DNA of 64,000 nt from an uncultured Croceicoccus sp. (lineage in GTDB: Bacteria; Pseudomonadota; Alphaproteobacteria; Sphingomonadales; Sphingomonadaceae), in assembly GCF_947496385.1 (NCBI RefSeq), contig NZ_CANMCP010000002.1, positions 229,035-293,034 on the forward strand. Reading direction: 5' to 3'. Shown piece by piece: positions 28,949 to 39,329 of the stretch. Each line of letters opens with the position of its first letter. Position 1 is the stretch's first letter. The notes under the pieces were generated by a model. It did not search any database and was not told where the DNA came from. It was given only the letters and a program-made list of their open reading frames with translations. The translations under genes and the position numbers were made by a program.

Positions 28949-29530
28949 ATGAACGAGACCAGCATCCTTGCCGAATTTCGCGCCGCGGGCGCCTTGCTCG
29001 AAGGGCATTTCAAGCTTTCGTCGGGACGACATAGTGCGCATTACCTGCAATGCGCGCGCGTTTTGATGAATCCGGACCGTGCCGCGCGCCTTGCCGCCGC
29101 GCTCGCCGCGAAGCTTCCGCGCGACCTGCGCGCGCGTATTGACAAGGTCGTGTCGCCCGCGATGGGCGGCATCATCATCGGGCAGGAAATGGGCCGCGCG
29201 CTGGGCCGCGACGCGGTGTTCGTCGAACGGCCGACCGGCACGTTCGAACTGCGCCGCGGGTTCGACATCGCACCCGGCGAAAAAATCCTGATGGTGGAGG
29301 ACGTCGTGACGACCGGCCTCTCCAGCCGGGAGGCGATCAAGGCGGTCGAGGACGAAGGCGGCGAGGTCATCGCGCTCGCCAGCCTGGTCGACCGTTCGGG
29401 CGGCGACACCGCGTTCGACATTCCCTTCGTGCCGCTCGTCGAAATCCGCTTTCCCACCTATGCGCCCGACGAAGTTCCCCCGGAACTCGCCGCGATTCCG
29501 GTGACGAAGCCGGGGAGCCGGAAGGCATGA
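28949..29530 (+). CDS. pyrE: orotate phosphoribosyltransferase
   Basis: ATG 28949 ([10 protein letters not shown]...) inside ORF 28769..29530. It has the PRPP-binding motif [10 protein letters not shown]. Confidence 0.9.
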   Translation: MNETSILAEFRAAGALLEGHFKLSSGRHSAHYLQCARVLMNPDRAARLAAALAAKLPRDLRARIDKVVSPAMGGIIIGQEMGRALGRDAVFVERPTGTFELRRGFDIAPGEKILMVEDVVTTGLSSREAIKAVEDEGGEVIALASLVDRSGGDTAFDIPFVPLVEIRFPTYAPDEVPPELAAIPVTKPGSRKA

Positions 29531-30276
29531 CCGGGCGCAGCCCGACACAGGCGCGTCCGCTGCGGCTCGGCGTCAATATCGACCATGTCGCCACCATCCG
29601 TAACGCGCGCGGCGGCGACCATCCCGACCCGGTCCGCGCGGCGCAGATCGTCGCATCGGTCGGCGGAGACGGCATCACCGCCCATCTGCGGGAGGATCGC
29701 CGCCACATTCGCGATGCCGATCTGCGCCGGATACAGGATGCGACCGATCTTCCGCTGAACCTGGAAATGGCGGCGACGGAGGAGATGCTCGCCATCGCCT
29801 TGCGCCATGCGCCCCACGCGGCCTGCATCGTTCCGGAAAAGCGCGAGGAGCGCACGACCGAAGGCGGGCTCGACGCCGCGGGACAGCACAACCGCCTTGC
29901 CCCCATCTGCGCCCGCCTCGCCGATGCCGGCATCCGCGTCAGCCTCTTCATCGAGCCGGAGGAACGGCAGATCGAGGCGGCGATGCGGCTCGGCGCGCCG
30001 GTCGTCGAGTTTCATACCGGCGAATATGCCCATGCGACGGGCGATGCGCGCGCGGTCGAATTGAAACGGCTGGCCGACATGGCCGCGCTGGCCTCCAAGA
30101 ACGGGATCGAGCCGCATGCCGGCCACGGACTGACCTATGAAAACGTGATGCCGGTTGCCGCCATTCCGCAACTCGCCGAGCTCAATATCGGGCATTATCT
30201 CATTGGCGAGGCGGTGTTCGTGGGGCTGGAAAATGCGGTGCGGCGGATGCGCACGCTCATGGACGAGGCGAGGTAG
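29527..30276 (+). CDS. pdxJ: pyridoxine 5'-phosphate synthase
   Basis: 249 aa with [17 protein letters not shown] and HLREDRRHI. It has a 4-nt overlap with pyrE. Confidence 0.93.
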   Translation: MTGRSPTQARPLRLGVNIDHVATIRNARGGDHPDPVRAAQIVASVGGDGITAHLREDRRHIRDADLRRIQDATDLPLNLEMAATEEMLAIALRHAPHAACIVPEKREERTTEGGLDAAGQHNRLAPICARLADAGIRVSLFIEPEERQIEAAMRLGAPVVEFHTGEYAHATGDARAVELKRLADMAALASKNGIEPHAGHGLTYENVMPVAAIPQLAELNIGHYLIGEAVFVGLENAVRRMRTLMDEAR

Positions 30277-30340
30277 GCGCGCGCCGAACCGTGCAACTTG
30301 TCCGTTCCACCGTCATGGTTTTGCCGCTAGACCGCATGCC

Positions 30341-30769
30341 ATGATCATCGGGATGGGTTCCGACCTTTGCAATATCGACCGCATCGCCAATTCGCTGTCC
30401 CGGTTCGGGCAGCGGTTCGAGAATCGCGTGTTCACCGAGGTTGAGCGGGCCAAGGCCGCACGCCGTCCCCATACGCAGGCCGGCACCTATGCCAAGCGGT
30501 TCGCAGCAAAGGAGGCCTTTTCCAAGGCGGTGGGGACCGGTTTTCGCCGCGGCGTCTTCATGAAGGATATCGGCGTGGTGAACGCGCCGTCGGGCGCGCC
30601 GACGCTCGCGCTTTCGGGCGGGGCGGCGGCCCGGCTTGCCGAAATGGTCCCGCCGGGACACGCGGCGAAAGTGCACCTCACCATGACCGACGACCATCCC
30701 TGGGCACAGGCCTTCGTCATTATCGAGGCGCTGCCCACGGCCGCCACCGCACAGGATATCCGCGCGTGA
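30341..30769 (+). CDS. acpS: holo-[acyl-carrier-protein] synthase
   Basis: ATG 30341 ([15 protein letters not shown]...) inside ORF 30155..30769. Confidence 0.88.
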   Translation: MIIGMGSDLCNIDRIANSLSRFGQRFENRVFTEVERAKAARRPHTQAGTYAKRFAAKEAFSKAVGTGFRRGVFMKDIGVVNAPSGAPTLALSGGAAARLAEMVPPGHAAKVHLTMTDDHPWAQAFVIIEALPTAATAQDIRA

Positions 30770-31680
30770 GCGAGAGCACGATGCCGCCCCCCGCCCCGCA
30801 GGCGCCGGTCGCCTTCGAAAAGGACGAGCCGGTCGACTGGCGGCGGGAGATCACCGGGCTGGCGCTGATGCTGCTTGCGGTGATCGGCTTTCACTCGCTG
30901 GTGGCGAAACCGTTCTACATTCCGTCGATCTCGATGATGCCGAACCTGCTCGTCGGCGACCGGCTGGTGGTGAGCAAATATCCCTATGGCTGGTCGTGGG
31001 TGTCGGCCTCGTTCCATGCACTCCCCCGGTCGGACATGCGCGTGCTGGGCCGGACGCCGGAATATGGCGATATCGTCATCGTGAGCCCGCCGCATGCGAA
31101 GGAAGACTGGATCAAGCGGGTCGTCGCCCTGCCCGGCGACCGCATCGCCATTCGCGACGGGCGCATCGTGCTCAACGGCCGCATGATCCCGCAGGAAGCC
31201 GAACCGCCGGTGCAGATCGACGCCGACGATGCACAGACATGCAATGGCGTGCCCTGCCTTGCCGCCTTCGCACCCTATCGCACCCGCCTGCCGAGCGGGC
31301 GTTCGGTCTACGAACTGCCGACCTATCGCGAAACCTTGCCCAATGGCGCGTCCTACCTGATCGTCGACCACATCAGCCAGAAGCTCGACAACCGGCCCGA
31401 AATCACGATTCCCGCAGGCCATGTCTTTCTCATGGGCGACAACCGCGACCATAGCGCCGACAGCCGCGAAACGCTGCCCGGCGTCGGGCTTGGCGGGCCG
31501 GTGCCGCTGTCCGACATCGGCGGCCGGGCCGAATTCGTGACCTTCTCCCTCGACGGGAGCGAGGGGTGGAACCCGCTGTCCTGGTTCGGCGCGCTGCGCG
31601 ATGGGCGCGCGCTCGGCACCCTGCGCCCGCCGATCCGCCCTGCGCAGGGCGCCGGGAAACCGCACCCCGCCGCGCGCTGA
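30766..31680 (+). CDS. lepB: signal peptidase I
   Basis: 304 aa with the catalytic boxes [15 protein letters not shown] and [11 protein letters not shown]. It has a 4-nt overlap with acpS. Confidence 0.9.
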   Translation: MSESTMPPPAPQAPVAFEKDEPVDWRREITGLALMLLAVIGFHSLVAKPFYIPSISMMPNLLVGDRLVVSKYPYGWSWVSASFHALPRSDMRVLGRTPEYGDIVIVSPPHAKEDWIKRVVALPGDRIAIRDGRIVLNGRMIPQEAEPPVQIDADDAQTCNGVPCLAAFAPYRTRLPSGRSVYELPTYRETLPNGASYLIVDHISQKLDNRPEITIPAGHVFLMGDNRDHSADSRETLPGVGLGGPVPLSDIGGRAEFVTFSLDGSEGWNPLSWFGALRDGRALGTLRPPIRPAQGAGKPHPAAR

Positions 31681-31740
31681 TCCGCGGCGACGGGCCGACA
31701 CCGCGCTTGTAAAGGCATTTCATTGCGTTAAACCGCGTCA

Positions 31741-32820
31741 ATGACCGATGAGCCGCATATCGAAGACGCGATCCCCGAGGGACACAGCCCCTCCACCATC
31801 GCCGACCCCCGCCTCCGGTTCGAGGCGCGGCGGGCGATCGTGTGGCTCGGGATCGCGGCGGTCTTCGGCCTGTGCCTCTACATGTCGCAGGCTTTGCTCG
31901 TCATTTTCGGCGGACTCGTCTTTGCCGCGCTGATTGACGGCGGCGCGCGGCTCCTGGGCCGGGTGTTGCCGATCGGGCGAGGCTGGCGTGTGGCGCTCGT
32001 GCTCATCGCGGCGACGGCGTTCCTGGCCTGGCTGCTGTTCTTTGCCGGCACGCAATTCGCGTCCGAGGCGGCACAGTTCCCCGACCTCATCCGCCGGCAG
32101 GTCGCGACGGTCATGCGCTGGATCGAATCGCAGGGCATCGAAATTGCCCCCAACATGCAGACCATCGTGCGGCAGGGCGTGGGCGGCCTCGGCAAGGTGA
32201 CGAGCATGATCGGCGGCGTGGTCGGGGGACTGACCACGTTTTTCCTGATCCTGATTCTCGGCATTTATTTCGCGGCGGAACCTCGGCTTTACGAACGCGG
32301 GCTCGCGTGGCTGCTCCCCGACCGGCGGCGCGGCAGCTTCCTCGAAATGATGGAAAAAATGGCTTTTACCATGCGGCGGCTGCTGTTCGGCCGGGTGGTC
32401 GGCATGGTTTTCGAAGGCGTCCTTACCGGCATCGCGCTGGGCGTGTATGGCGTGCCGCTGGCCTCGCTGCTTGGCCTCATCACCGGGCTTCTCGCGTTCA
32501 TTCCCAATATTGGCGCGATGATTTCGGGCGTGCTGATGGTCCTCGTCGGGCTTTCGGGGGGCACGGACATGGCGCTCTACGCGCTCGGTGTGTATGCCGT
32601 GGTGCAGACGTTCGATGGCTATGTCGTGGTGCCGATGATCGCGAAGAAGACGGTCGATCTCGCCCCGGCGCTGGTGCTCGCGATGCAGCTGATCCTTGGC
32701 ATCCTGTTCGGCATTCTCGGGCTGGCGCTGGCCGACCCGCTCGTCGCGATGGTCAAGACGATGCTCGAACACCGCTCCGACCATGCGGGAGACGATCATC
32801 CGTTGGCCGCGCGGGGCTGA
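31741..32820 (+). CDS. AI-2E family transporter (PerM-like permease)
   Basis: 359 aa with about 8 TM helices. The C-terminal pattern VPMIAKKTVDLAPALVL...LGLALADPL is typical of the family. Confidence 0.8.
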   Translation: MTDEPHIEDAIPEGHSPSTIADPRLRFEARRAIVWLGIAAVFGLCLYMSQALLVIFGGLVFAALIDGGARLLGRVLPIGRGWRVALVLIAATAFLAWLLFFAGTQFASEAAQFPDLIRRQVATVMRWIESQGIEIAPNMQTIVRQGVGGLGKVTSMIGGVVGGLTTFFLILILGIYFAAEPRLYERGLAWLLPDRRRGSFLEMMEKMAFTMRRLLFGRVVGMVFEGVLTGIALGVYGVPLASLLGLITGLLAFIPNIGAMISGVLMVLVGLSGGTDMALYALGVYAVVQTFDGYVVVPMIAKKTVDLAPALVLAMQLILGILFGILGLALADPLVAMVKTMLEHRSDHAGDDHPLAARG

Positions 32821-32823
32821 ACA

Positions 32824-33972
32824 ATGGCGCGCAAGTTCCTGTATGTCATCGCGATTCTGATCGTCCTCATCATCGCGGGCGGGCTGGCCCTGTCCTATTT
32901 CGCGGATGATCTGACCGAATTCGCCTTCGTGCCCGACACCGCCTTTGCGGAACAGGAGGCCCTGCCCGACAATGCCTATGCCGATGCCGCCATGTGGATC
33001 AGCCGGCCCGGCATGAACGGCAACGATCCCGCCCGCTGGCTCCCCGAAGGCTTCACCGAAACCGACGGGCGCATGGCGGCGGCGGTGTTCTTCGTCCACC
33101 CGACGAGCTTTGTCGAAAATACCGCGTGGAATGCGACGCTGGACGATGCGGCGTCGCGGCAACGGGCCGACCTGTTCGTGCGCGGCATGGCCAGCCCGTT
33201 CAACCGGGCAGAGCAGATCTGGGCCCCGCGCTACCGCCAGGCGGCGGTGGGCGCGTTCCTCACCGACCGGCCGGAGGCGCAGCGCGCGATCGACGCCGCC
33301 TATCGGGATGTGGAGCAGGCCTTTGCGCAGTTCGTGAAGGAGGCGGATCCGGCGCTGCCCATCGTGCTGGCGGGGCATAGCCAGGGCGCGCTCCACCTCC
33401 GGCGATTGTTGCGCGAACGGATCGCCGGCACCCCCATCGCCGACCGGATCGCCGCCGCCTATATCATCGGCTGGCCGATTTCGGTGGCGAACGACCTGCC
33501 CGCGCTCGGGCTTCCCGCGTGCGGCGATGCGCGGCAATCGGGCTGCGTGATGAGCTGGTCGAGCTTTGCCGAACCCGCCGATCCGGACCGCCTCTTGCGC
33601 TCCTATTCCGCCGGGCTGGGCCTTAATGGCCTCCCCAATGCGGAGACGGAGCTGTTGTGCTCCAACCCCCTCACCGGCGGAATTGGCGGCGCCGCGCCGG
33701 CCAGTGCCAATCTCGGCACGCTGGTTCCCAATGCCGATTTCACGAGCGGGCGACTGGTCGAGGACGCGGTGCCGGCGCGCTGCGATCCGCGTGGGATCCT
33801 GCTGATTGGCGATCCGCCCGATCTCGGCAATGCGGTGCTGCCGGGCAACAATTACCATGTCTACGATATTCCGCTGTTCTGGGCCAATCTGCGCCGCGAT
33901 GTGGGGACCCGCGTATCGGCCTGGAATGGGGCGCAGGGCGAGACTTCGTCTCTGACGCGGGGCGGGCGATGA
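32824..33972 (+). CDS. DUF3089-like alpha/beta hydrolase, membrane-anchored
   Basis: 382 aa with an N-terminal TM and the nucleophile elbow GHSQG (LAGHSQGALHL). Confidence 0.65.
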   Translation: MARKFLYVIAILIVLIIAGGLALSYFADDLTEFAFVPDTAFAEQEALPDNAYADAAMWISRPGMNGNDPARWLPEGFTETDGRMAAAVFFVHPTSFVENTAWNATLDDAASRQRADLFVRGMASPFNRAEQIWAPRYRQAAVGAFLTDRPEAQRAIDAAYRDVEQAFAQFVKEADPALPIVLAGHSQGALHLRRLLRERIAGTPIADRIAAAYIIGWPISVANDLPALGLPACGDARQSGCVMSWSSFAEPADPDRLLRSYSAGLGLNGLPNAETELLCSNPLTGGIGGAAPASANLGTLVPNADFTSGRLVEDAVPARCDPRGILLIGDPPDLGNAVLPGNNYHVYDIPLFWANLRRDVGTRVSAWNGAQGETSSLTRGGR

Positions 33973-34457
33973 TTACCGAGAAAGTTCGCGAATTCGATGC
34001 CGTGCTCCCCGATGGCGGCGTGCTGATCGGCATCGATCCCGGCACGAAAACCGTGGGGCTCGCCACATGCGATGCTGGCTGGCATTTCGCCACGGCGGGA
34101 AAGACGCATCCGCGCGGCAAGTTCGGCGCCCTGCGCGACGTGATCGCGGCGACGGTGCGCGAACGGCGGGTGGCGGGTTTCGTCGTGGGCCTGCCCCGCA
34201 ACATGGACGGGAGCGAGGGATCGCGCGCGCAGGCCAGCCGCGCCCTCGCCCGCAATCTGGTCGAGGCGTTCGGATTGCCGGTCCTGCTCTGGGATGAAAG
34301 GCTGTCGACCGTCGGCGCCGAACGCGCGCTCATCGAGCAGGATTTCAGCCGCGCCCGCCGCGCGACCCGTATCGACAGCCACGCCGCCGCGATCATCCTT
34401 CAAGGCGCGATCGACGCGCTCGGCAGCGGGGGCTTCGCCTTCGACGAGGATCGCTGA
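33969..34457 (+). CDS. ruvX: Holliday-junction-resolvase-like pre-16S rRNA nuclease RuvX/YqgF
   Basis: ATG 33969 (ATGA overlap) inside ORF 33657..34457, with IGIDPGTKTVGLA and VVGLPRNMDGSEG. Confidence 0.88.
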   Translation: MITEKVREFDAVLPDGGVLIGIDPGTKTVGLATCDAGWHFATAGKTHPRGKFGALRDVIAATVRERRVAGFVVGLPRNMDGSEGSRAQASRALARNLVEAFGLPVLLWDERLSTVGAERALIEQDFSRARRATRIDSHAAAIILQGAIDALGSGGFAFDEDR

Positions 34458-34463
34458 ATAGAA

Positions 34464-34499
34464 AAACGGGCCGCCGGACGATAGGTCCGCGGCCCGTTT
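34464..34499. terminator. bidirectional intrinsic terminator
   Basis: aaacgggccgc ... gcggcccgttt stem flanked by an A-run and a T-run, between convergent ruvX and the small lipoprotein gene. Confidence 0.65.
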
Positions 34500-34517
34500 C
34501 CCATTCTCGAAAAGCGC

Positions 34518-34763
34518 TTATTCCGAAGGGTCGGTGGCCGGTTCGCCCTCGGCATCGGGGGTGTCCACGTCGATGACGGGCACTTCCACCGTGCGTTCCT
34601 CGGTATCGACGTTCACGTCGGGCGCCTCGACGTCATATTCGGGCATGTTGCCACCCTCGACATTCACATCGGGCAGTTCGCCTTCCTCGGTCTGATCCAC
34701 GTCGCAGGCAGACAAGCCCAAGGCCAGCGTTCCGGCGGCAAAAACCATGGCGAATTTCTTCAT
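34518..34763 (-). CDS. small acidic lipoprotein with internal PDVNV repeats
   Basis: 81 aa with lipobox LGLSAC. The mature part is about 35% Asp/Glu and repeats PDVNVEGG / PDVNVDTE / VIDVDTPD. Confidence 0.6.
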   Translation of the reverse strand: MKKFAMVFAAGTLALGLSACDVDQTEEGELPDVNVEGGNMPEYDVEAPDVNVDTEERTVEVPVIDVDTPDAEGEPATDPSE

Positions 34764-34795
34764 TTCGATATCCCTTACGTAGCTATCGGATGTAA

Positions 34796-34821
34796 AACGG
34801 GCATATCGCGTCGATCGTTCC
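34796..34821 (-). promoter_or_regulatory. EcfG-type (general stress response) promoter GGAAC-N17-CGTT
   Basis: Minus strand has GGAAC (34821-34817), a 17-nt spacer and CGTT (34799-34796), about 33 nt upstream of the lipoprotein ATG. RBS AAGGGA follows. Confidence 0.5.
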
Positions 34822-34864
34822 CGGCGTTTGCCATAATTTTGCCAAATTGCGGAAAAGCGCCGCC

Positions 34865-35635
34865 TCAGGGCCCGTGTATCGCGACGATGACCCCGTCACC
34901 GGTCGTACCGCTATCCTCAACCGGCACACGGACGGCATCGGCACGCGCACGGTTCAGGATCGCGGCGGGAACACCGGGGGCGTGAACGACATAATCGGCG
35001 CTGCCGAGCAGTCTCGCCTCCCGCAGGGTGAGGTCGTCCGGATCGGCGGAGCGCAGCGCGATGTCATAGCGCCCCTCGCGCATGGTGTCCGCATCGCCGG
35101 CGAGCCAGTCATCCACCACCCCGGCCCCATGTTCGGTCAGCGGATCGAGCGCGCCCCCCTCACCCAGCGCGATGTCGAGCGCGCGGCGCCGGTCCGCCCC
35201 ATGCGGATAGCGCGCCCGGATCGCCTCGCGCGCCGTGCCGAGCGCCTGCGCCAGCCGGCCCAGCCCCGGCGGGAGCAGCCATTCGAGCCGCAGGCGCAGC
35301 ATCTTTGCCAGCCCCGCCGACGCCCCGCCGGTGCCCACCGCGACCAGCACCGGATCGCGGTCGAGGATCGAGGGCACGGTAAATTCGCATAGCGCCGGCC
35401 GGTCGGTGACATTCACCAAAAGGCCGCGGCACCGCATGCGGATCGCGGCCGCCTCACTCTCTTTTTCGTCGTCGATCGCGATGAAGGCGAGCCTTGCGTG
35501 ATGCGCCTCCGGCTCGCCCACACATATCCCTCCGGCCCGTTCGATCAGCCGCCGCTTCGCCGCCGCGGCCTCCCCCTCGCCCAGCACGACGATCTTCTGT
35601 CCCGCGATACGGTGAAACAGCGGCAGCGATTGCAT
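34865..35635 (-). CDS. precorrin-2 dehydrogenase / sirohydrochlorin ferrochelatase (CysG N-domain, SirC-like) with a truncated degenerate methyltransferase tail
   Basis: ATG 35635 (MQSLPLFHRIAGQKIVVLGEGEAA...) inside ORF 34865..35803. The last ~70 aa align to the start of the CysG/CobA SUMT domain, but GAGPGD is replaced by LRSADPDD and the domain then ends. Confidence 0.7.
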   Translation of the reverse strand: MQSLPLFHRIAGQKIVVLGEGEAAAAKRRLIERAGGICVGEPEAHHARLAFIAIDDEKESEAAAIRMRCRGLLVNVTDRPALCEFTVPSILDRDPVLVAVGTGGASAGLAKMLRLRLEWLLPPGLGRLAQALGTAREAIRARYPHGADRRRALDIALGEGGALDPLTEHGAGVVDDWLAGDADTMREGRYDIALRSADPDDLTLREARLLGSADYVVHAPGVPAAILNRARADAVRVPVEDSGTTGDGVIVAIHGP

Positions 35636-35651
35636 CAGCGCACGCAGGCCA

Positions 35652-36911
35652 TCATGCGAGCCAGTCCGGCACGCGTTCGGCGGCGAGGATTTCCGCCGGT
35701 TCGATCCGGTCGGCGACGACGGCATAGCGATCGCCCGAGACCAGCACCTCGGGCACGAGCGGGCGGCTGTTGTAGGTGTTCGCCATGGTCGCGCCATAGG
35801 CACCGGCGGTGCGGAACGCCGCGAGGTCGCCCGTTTCCACCGCGGCGATGTCGCGGCCCATGGCGAAGGTATCGCTGCTTTCGCAAATCGGGCCGACGAT
35901 ATTCGCGACCATAGTGTCGCCGCGATCGGTCACGGCGACGAAATCGTGCCAGGCATCGTACATGGCGGGCCGGGCGAGATCGTTCATCGCCGCATCGACC
36001 ACGACGAAGGGATGCGACACTCCCTGCTTCACCCGGACGACGCGGGTGACCAGTACGCCCGAATTGCCCGAAATCACGCGGCCCGGCTCGAACATGAGGC
36101 GCACGCCCCAATCCTTCGTCACGCGGGCGACCATTGCGGCATAATCCTGCGGCGAGGGAAAACGTTCCCCTTCGCGATAGGGGACGCCGACCCCGCCGCC
36201 CAGATCCATGTGGGTCACGGCGTGCCCCTCCGCACGGATCGCCTCCATGAGCGCACCCATGCGCGCGAACGCCGCCTCCAGCGGGTCGAGACTGGCAAGC
36301 TGACTCCCGATATGCACGGCCAGCGCGCGCATGGCGAGGCCGTCCCGCCCCGCGAGCCGGTCGAAGATCGCCGCCGCCCGGTCATAGGGCACGCCGAACT
36401 TGTTTTCCGCCTTGCCGGTGGAGATCTTCTCATGCGTGCCGGCCTCGACATCGGGATTGACGCGCAGCGCACATTGCGCCTTCACCCCCCGTGCCGCGGC
36501 GATTTTCGCGAGCGCCTCGCCCTCTTCCTCCGATTCCAGGTTGAACTGTCCGATCCCGGCATCGAGCGCCTCGGCCAGTTCGTCATCCGTCTTGCCGACG
36601 CCCGAAAACACGATGTCCCCGGCCGCCATGCCCGCCGCGAGTGCGCGCCGCATCTCGCCCGCCGACACGACATCGGCGCCGAACCCCTCGGCGCGGAGCA
36701 CGCGCAGCACGGCGAGATTCGGGTTCGACTTCACCGCAAAGGCGCAATGCACGTCGGGCAGGATCGCAAGCGCCTCGCGGAAAACACGCGCATGGCGGGA
36801 CAGCGTGGCCTGCGAATAGACATAGACGGGGGTGCCGACCTCTTCGGCGATGCGCGTCAGGGGCACGTCCTCTGCGTGCAGCACGCCGTCGCGGCGGGTG
36901 AAATGGTCCAT
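35652..36911 (-). CDS. lysA: diaminopimelate decarboxylase
   Basis: 419 aa with the PLP lysine in FAVKSNPN, plus GGGVGVPY and CESSD. Confidence 0.93.
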   Translation of the reverse strand: MDHFTRRDGVLHAEDVPLTRIAEEVGTPVYVYSQATLSRHARVFREALAILPDVHCAFAVKSNPNLAVLRVLRAEGFGADVVSAGEMRRALAAGMAAGDIVFSGVGKTDDELAEALDAGIGQFNLESEEEGEALAKIAAARGVKAQCALRVNPDVEAGTHEKISTGKAENKFGVPYDRAAAIFDRLAGRDGLAMRALAVHIGSQLASLDPLEAAFARMGALMEAIRAEGHAVTHMDLGGGVGVPYREGERFPSPQDYAAMVARVTKDWGVRLMFEPGRVISGNSGVLVTRVVRVKQGVSHPFVVVDAAMNDLARPAMYDAWHDFVAVTDRGDTMVANIVGPICESSDTFAMGRDIAAVETGDLAAFRTAGAYGATMANTYNSRPLVPEVLVSGDRYAVVADRIEPAEILAAERVPDWLA

Positions 36912-36914
36912 GGT

Positions 36915-37169
36915 CTAACGCTCCGGCGGCAGGTCGAAAGGGTCGGGTTCGCGCGGTTCGGACTGCGTGCGCAGTTCGACATTGCGTTCGGGTGCGGCCT
37001 GTGGCGAACGTTCGAGCAATTCCTCGACCGTGGGGCGCTTCGCCTCGCCATAGGCGGCGGGCGGAAGCGTGTTGCCGGGCAAGGGCTCCAGATCGGTCCG
37101 CTGCGCACAGCCGGCGGTGAGGATGGCCGCCGCCGCCACGCCGAGATGAACGATGCGCCGCCCGGTCAC
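36915..37169 (-). CDS. small lipoprotein between argH and lysA (LptM/LppL-position)
   Basis: 84 aa with a GTG start overlapping the argH TGA (GTGA). It has lipobox LTAGC and a Pro/Glu-rich tail. Confidence 0.6.
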   Translation of the reverse strand: MTGRRIVHLGVAAAAILTAGCAQRTDLEPLPGNTLPPAAYGEAKRPTVEELLERSPQAAPERNVELRTQSEPREPDPFDLPPER

Positions 37170-38548
37170 GCCCCGTCCCCCATGTTCAGCACGCGCCGCG
37201 CATCGGCGACCCGCGCGCGAACCTGCGCCGGGGCGGTGCCGCCGTGGCTATTGCGCGCCGCGACCGACGCCTCGACCGAAAGCGCGGTGTATACGCGCTC
37301 GTCGATGCGGGGGTCGATGTCCTGCAACTGCGCAATGGTGAGATCGTCGAGCGCCACGCCCTTTCCCTCGGCGAGCTTGACCGCGGCGCCGGTGATGTGA
37401 TGCGCCTCGCGGAACGGAATGTCCGCCTCCCGCACGAGCCAGTCGGCAAGATCGGTGGCGGTGGCAAAGCCCATTTCCGCCGCCTGCCGCATGCGGGCGA
37501 TGTTGAAGGTCGATTCCGCGATCATCCCCGTCATCGCCGCCACCGACAGCGCGAGGAGCGACGCCGCCTCGAACACTGGCGGCTTGTCGTCCTGCATGTC
37601 CTTCGAATAGGCCAGCGGGAGCCCCTTCATCGTCATGCTCAATTGCATGAGGCACCCGGTGATGCGCCCCGCATGCCCGCGGATCAGCTCGGCCGCGTCG
37701 GGGTTTTTCTTCTGCGGCATGATCGAGCTTCCGGTCGACAGCGAATCGGTGATCCGCACGAAGCCGAACGGCTGGCTCGCCCACAGGATCAATTCTTCGG
37801 CAAGGCGCGAGAGGTGCAGCGAGGTCTGCGCCGCTGCCGACAGGTAATCGAGCGCGAAATCGCGATCCGACACGGCATCGAGGCTGTTGTCCGTGGGCCG
37901 GTCGAAACCGAGTTCGCGCGCGGTCCGGTCCCGGTCGATGGGAAAGCCGGTGCCGGCCAGCGCGGCAGAGCCGAGCGGACATTCGTTCAACCGCACCCGC
38001 GCATCGGCAAAGCGCGAACGGTCGCGGCGGAACATCTCGTAATAGGCCATGAGATGATGGCCCAGCGTCACCGGCTGCGCCGTTTGCAGATGGGTAAAAC
38101 CGGGCAGGATGCTGTCCGCATGTTCGCCCGCGCGGGTCACCAATGCGCGTTGCAGCGCGGCGAGCGCGGCATCGGTCTGGTCGATCGTGTCGCGCACCCA
38201 GAGCTTGAAATCGGTGGCGACCTGGTCGTTGCGGCTGCGCGCGGTATGGAGCCGCCCCGCCGCCGCGCCGACGATTTGCGACAGGCGATCCTCGGTCACC
38301 ATGTGGATGTCTTCGAGGTCCCAGTTTTCGGGCACGCCATCGCGTTCATATTCGCCCGCGATGGTGTCCAGCCCGTCGGCGATGGTGCGGGCGTCGGCGT
38401 CCGTCACGATCCCTTGCGCGGCGAGCATGGCGACATGCGCCTTCGATGCGGCGATGTCCTCCCGCCACAACACCTTGTCGAAGGGGATGGAGGCATTTAT
38501 CTCGCGCATGATCGCGGACGGCCCCTCGGCAAAGCGTCCGCCCCACAT
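37166..38548 (-). CDS. argH: argininosuccinate lyase
   Basis: ORF 37166..38815 with [11 protein letters not shown] and the signature [15 protein letters not shown] 38548 gives the canonical N-terminus; ATG 38605 is the alternative. Confidence 0.92.
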   Translation of the reverse strand: MWGGRFAEGPSAIMREINASIPFDKVLWREDIAASKAHVAMLAAQGIVTDADARTIADGLDTIAGEYERDGVPENWDLEDIHMVTEDRLSQIVGAAAGRLHTARSRNDQVATDFKLWVRDTIDQTDAALAALQRALVTRAGEHADSILPGFTHLQTAQPVTLGHHLMAYYEMFRRDRSRFADARVRLNECPLGSAALAGTGFPIDRDRTARELGFDRPTDNSLDAVSDRDFALDYLSAAAQTSLHLSRLAEELILWASQPFGFVRITDSLSTGSSIMPQKKNPDAAELIRGHAGRITGCLMQLSMTMKGLPLAYSKDMQDDKPPVFEAASLLALSVAAMTGMIAESTFNIARMRQAAEMGFATATDLADWLVREADIPFREAHHITGAAVKLAEGKGVALDDLTIAQLQDIDPRIDERVYTALSVEASVAARNSHGGTAPAQVRARVADARRVLNMGDGA

Positions 38549-38603
38549 CTGATTTGCCTGCCCGCCATTCGCCTTGTCGTCGGAGCCTGCCTTGCCCTTA
38601 CCC

Positions 38604-39170
38604 ATGAAATTCCGCCCAGTCCTGTCCGTTGCCGCCGCAGCGACCCTTGCGGCCGGCAGCTTTGCGATTGCCGGGTGCGATAGGCAAGAGACCGCCGCTT
38701 CGCAAGCGAAGGGCGATGCGGACGATGCGGTCCTGACGGGCGAGATCGACCGCAGCCACGCGGGCGAACCGATGCCGGAGGCGGTGCTGACGCTGGCGGA
38801 CGGCACGACGCGCACCCTCGATGAATTTTCGGGTCAGCCGCTGCTCGTCAACCTGTGGGCGACATGGTGCGCGCCCTGCGTTCTCGAAATGCCGATGCTC
38901 GATGCTCTGGCAAAGGAGCGGAAGGGCGAGCTTGCCGTGCTTACCGTGTCGCAGGATCTGGACGGGGCGGAGAAGGTCGCGGCCTTCTTCGATCAGCGCG
39001 AATTCACGATGCTGCGCCCCTGGCTCGATCCGGAAAACGCGCTCGGCTTCGCCTATGGGACGGGGGTGTTGCCGACGACGGTCTATTACGGCAGCGACGG
39101 GCGCGAAATCTGGCGCGTGGTCGGCGGATATGACTGGTCCGGTGCGGAAGCCGCGCAATTGTTCGATTGA
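38604..39170 (+). CDS. TlpA/ResA-family periplasmic thiol:disulfide oxidoreductase, lipoprotein
   Basis: ATG 38604 ([25 protein letters not shown]) inside ORF 38574..39170. It has the thioredoxin motif WATWCAPC. Confidence 0.8.
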   Translation: MKFRPVLSVAAAATLAAGSFAIAGCDRQETAASQAKGDADDAVLTGEIDRSHAGEPMPEAVLTLADGTTRTLDEFSGQPLLVNLWATWCAPCVLEMPMLDALAKERKGELAVLTVSQDLDGAEKVAAFFDQREFTMLRPWLDPENALGFAYGTGVLPTTVYYGSDGREIWRVVGGYDWSGAEAAQLFD

Positions 39171-39253
39171 GCGTGCGGCCGATCGGCACGTCGCGCGAAG
39201 CCGCGGGCGGCGATTCGCACGGTGGTCGCGCCAGTCGCAAGGCCTGCAAACGA

Positions 39254-39329
39254 TGGTGGGCGGTGAGGGGCTCGAACCCCCGACCCTCTCGGTGTAAACG
39301 AGATGCTCTACCAGCTGAGCTAACCGCCC
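39254..39329 (-). tRNA. tRNA-Val (anticodon TAC), CCA encoded
   Basis: Minus strand reads GGGCGGTTAGCTCAGCTGGTAGAGCATCTCGTTTACACCGAGAGGGTCGGGGGTTCGAGCCCCTCACCGCCCACCA. It has a 7-bp acceptor stem, a GTTCGAGC T-loop and anticodon loop TTTACAC. Confidence 0.93.

Noticed and set aside
31738-33858. 706-aa minus-strand ORF
   Set aside because: It is antisense to the AI-2E transporter and DUF3089 genes, Arg/His/Gly-rich, with no domain signature.
38548-38605. Back-to-back overlapping divergent starts: argH ATG 38605 and tlpA ATG 38604 share a CATG
   Set aside because: The internal ATG 38548 gives the canonical ArgH N-terminus (MWGGRF...). The 19-aa Gly/Lys-rich extension from 38605 is not ArgH-like. 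This is therefore more likely an ordinary 55-bp divergent spacer, though it remains an annotation ambiguity.
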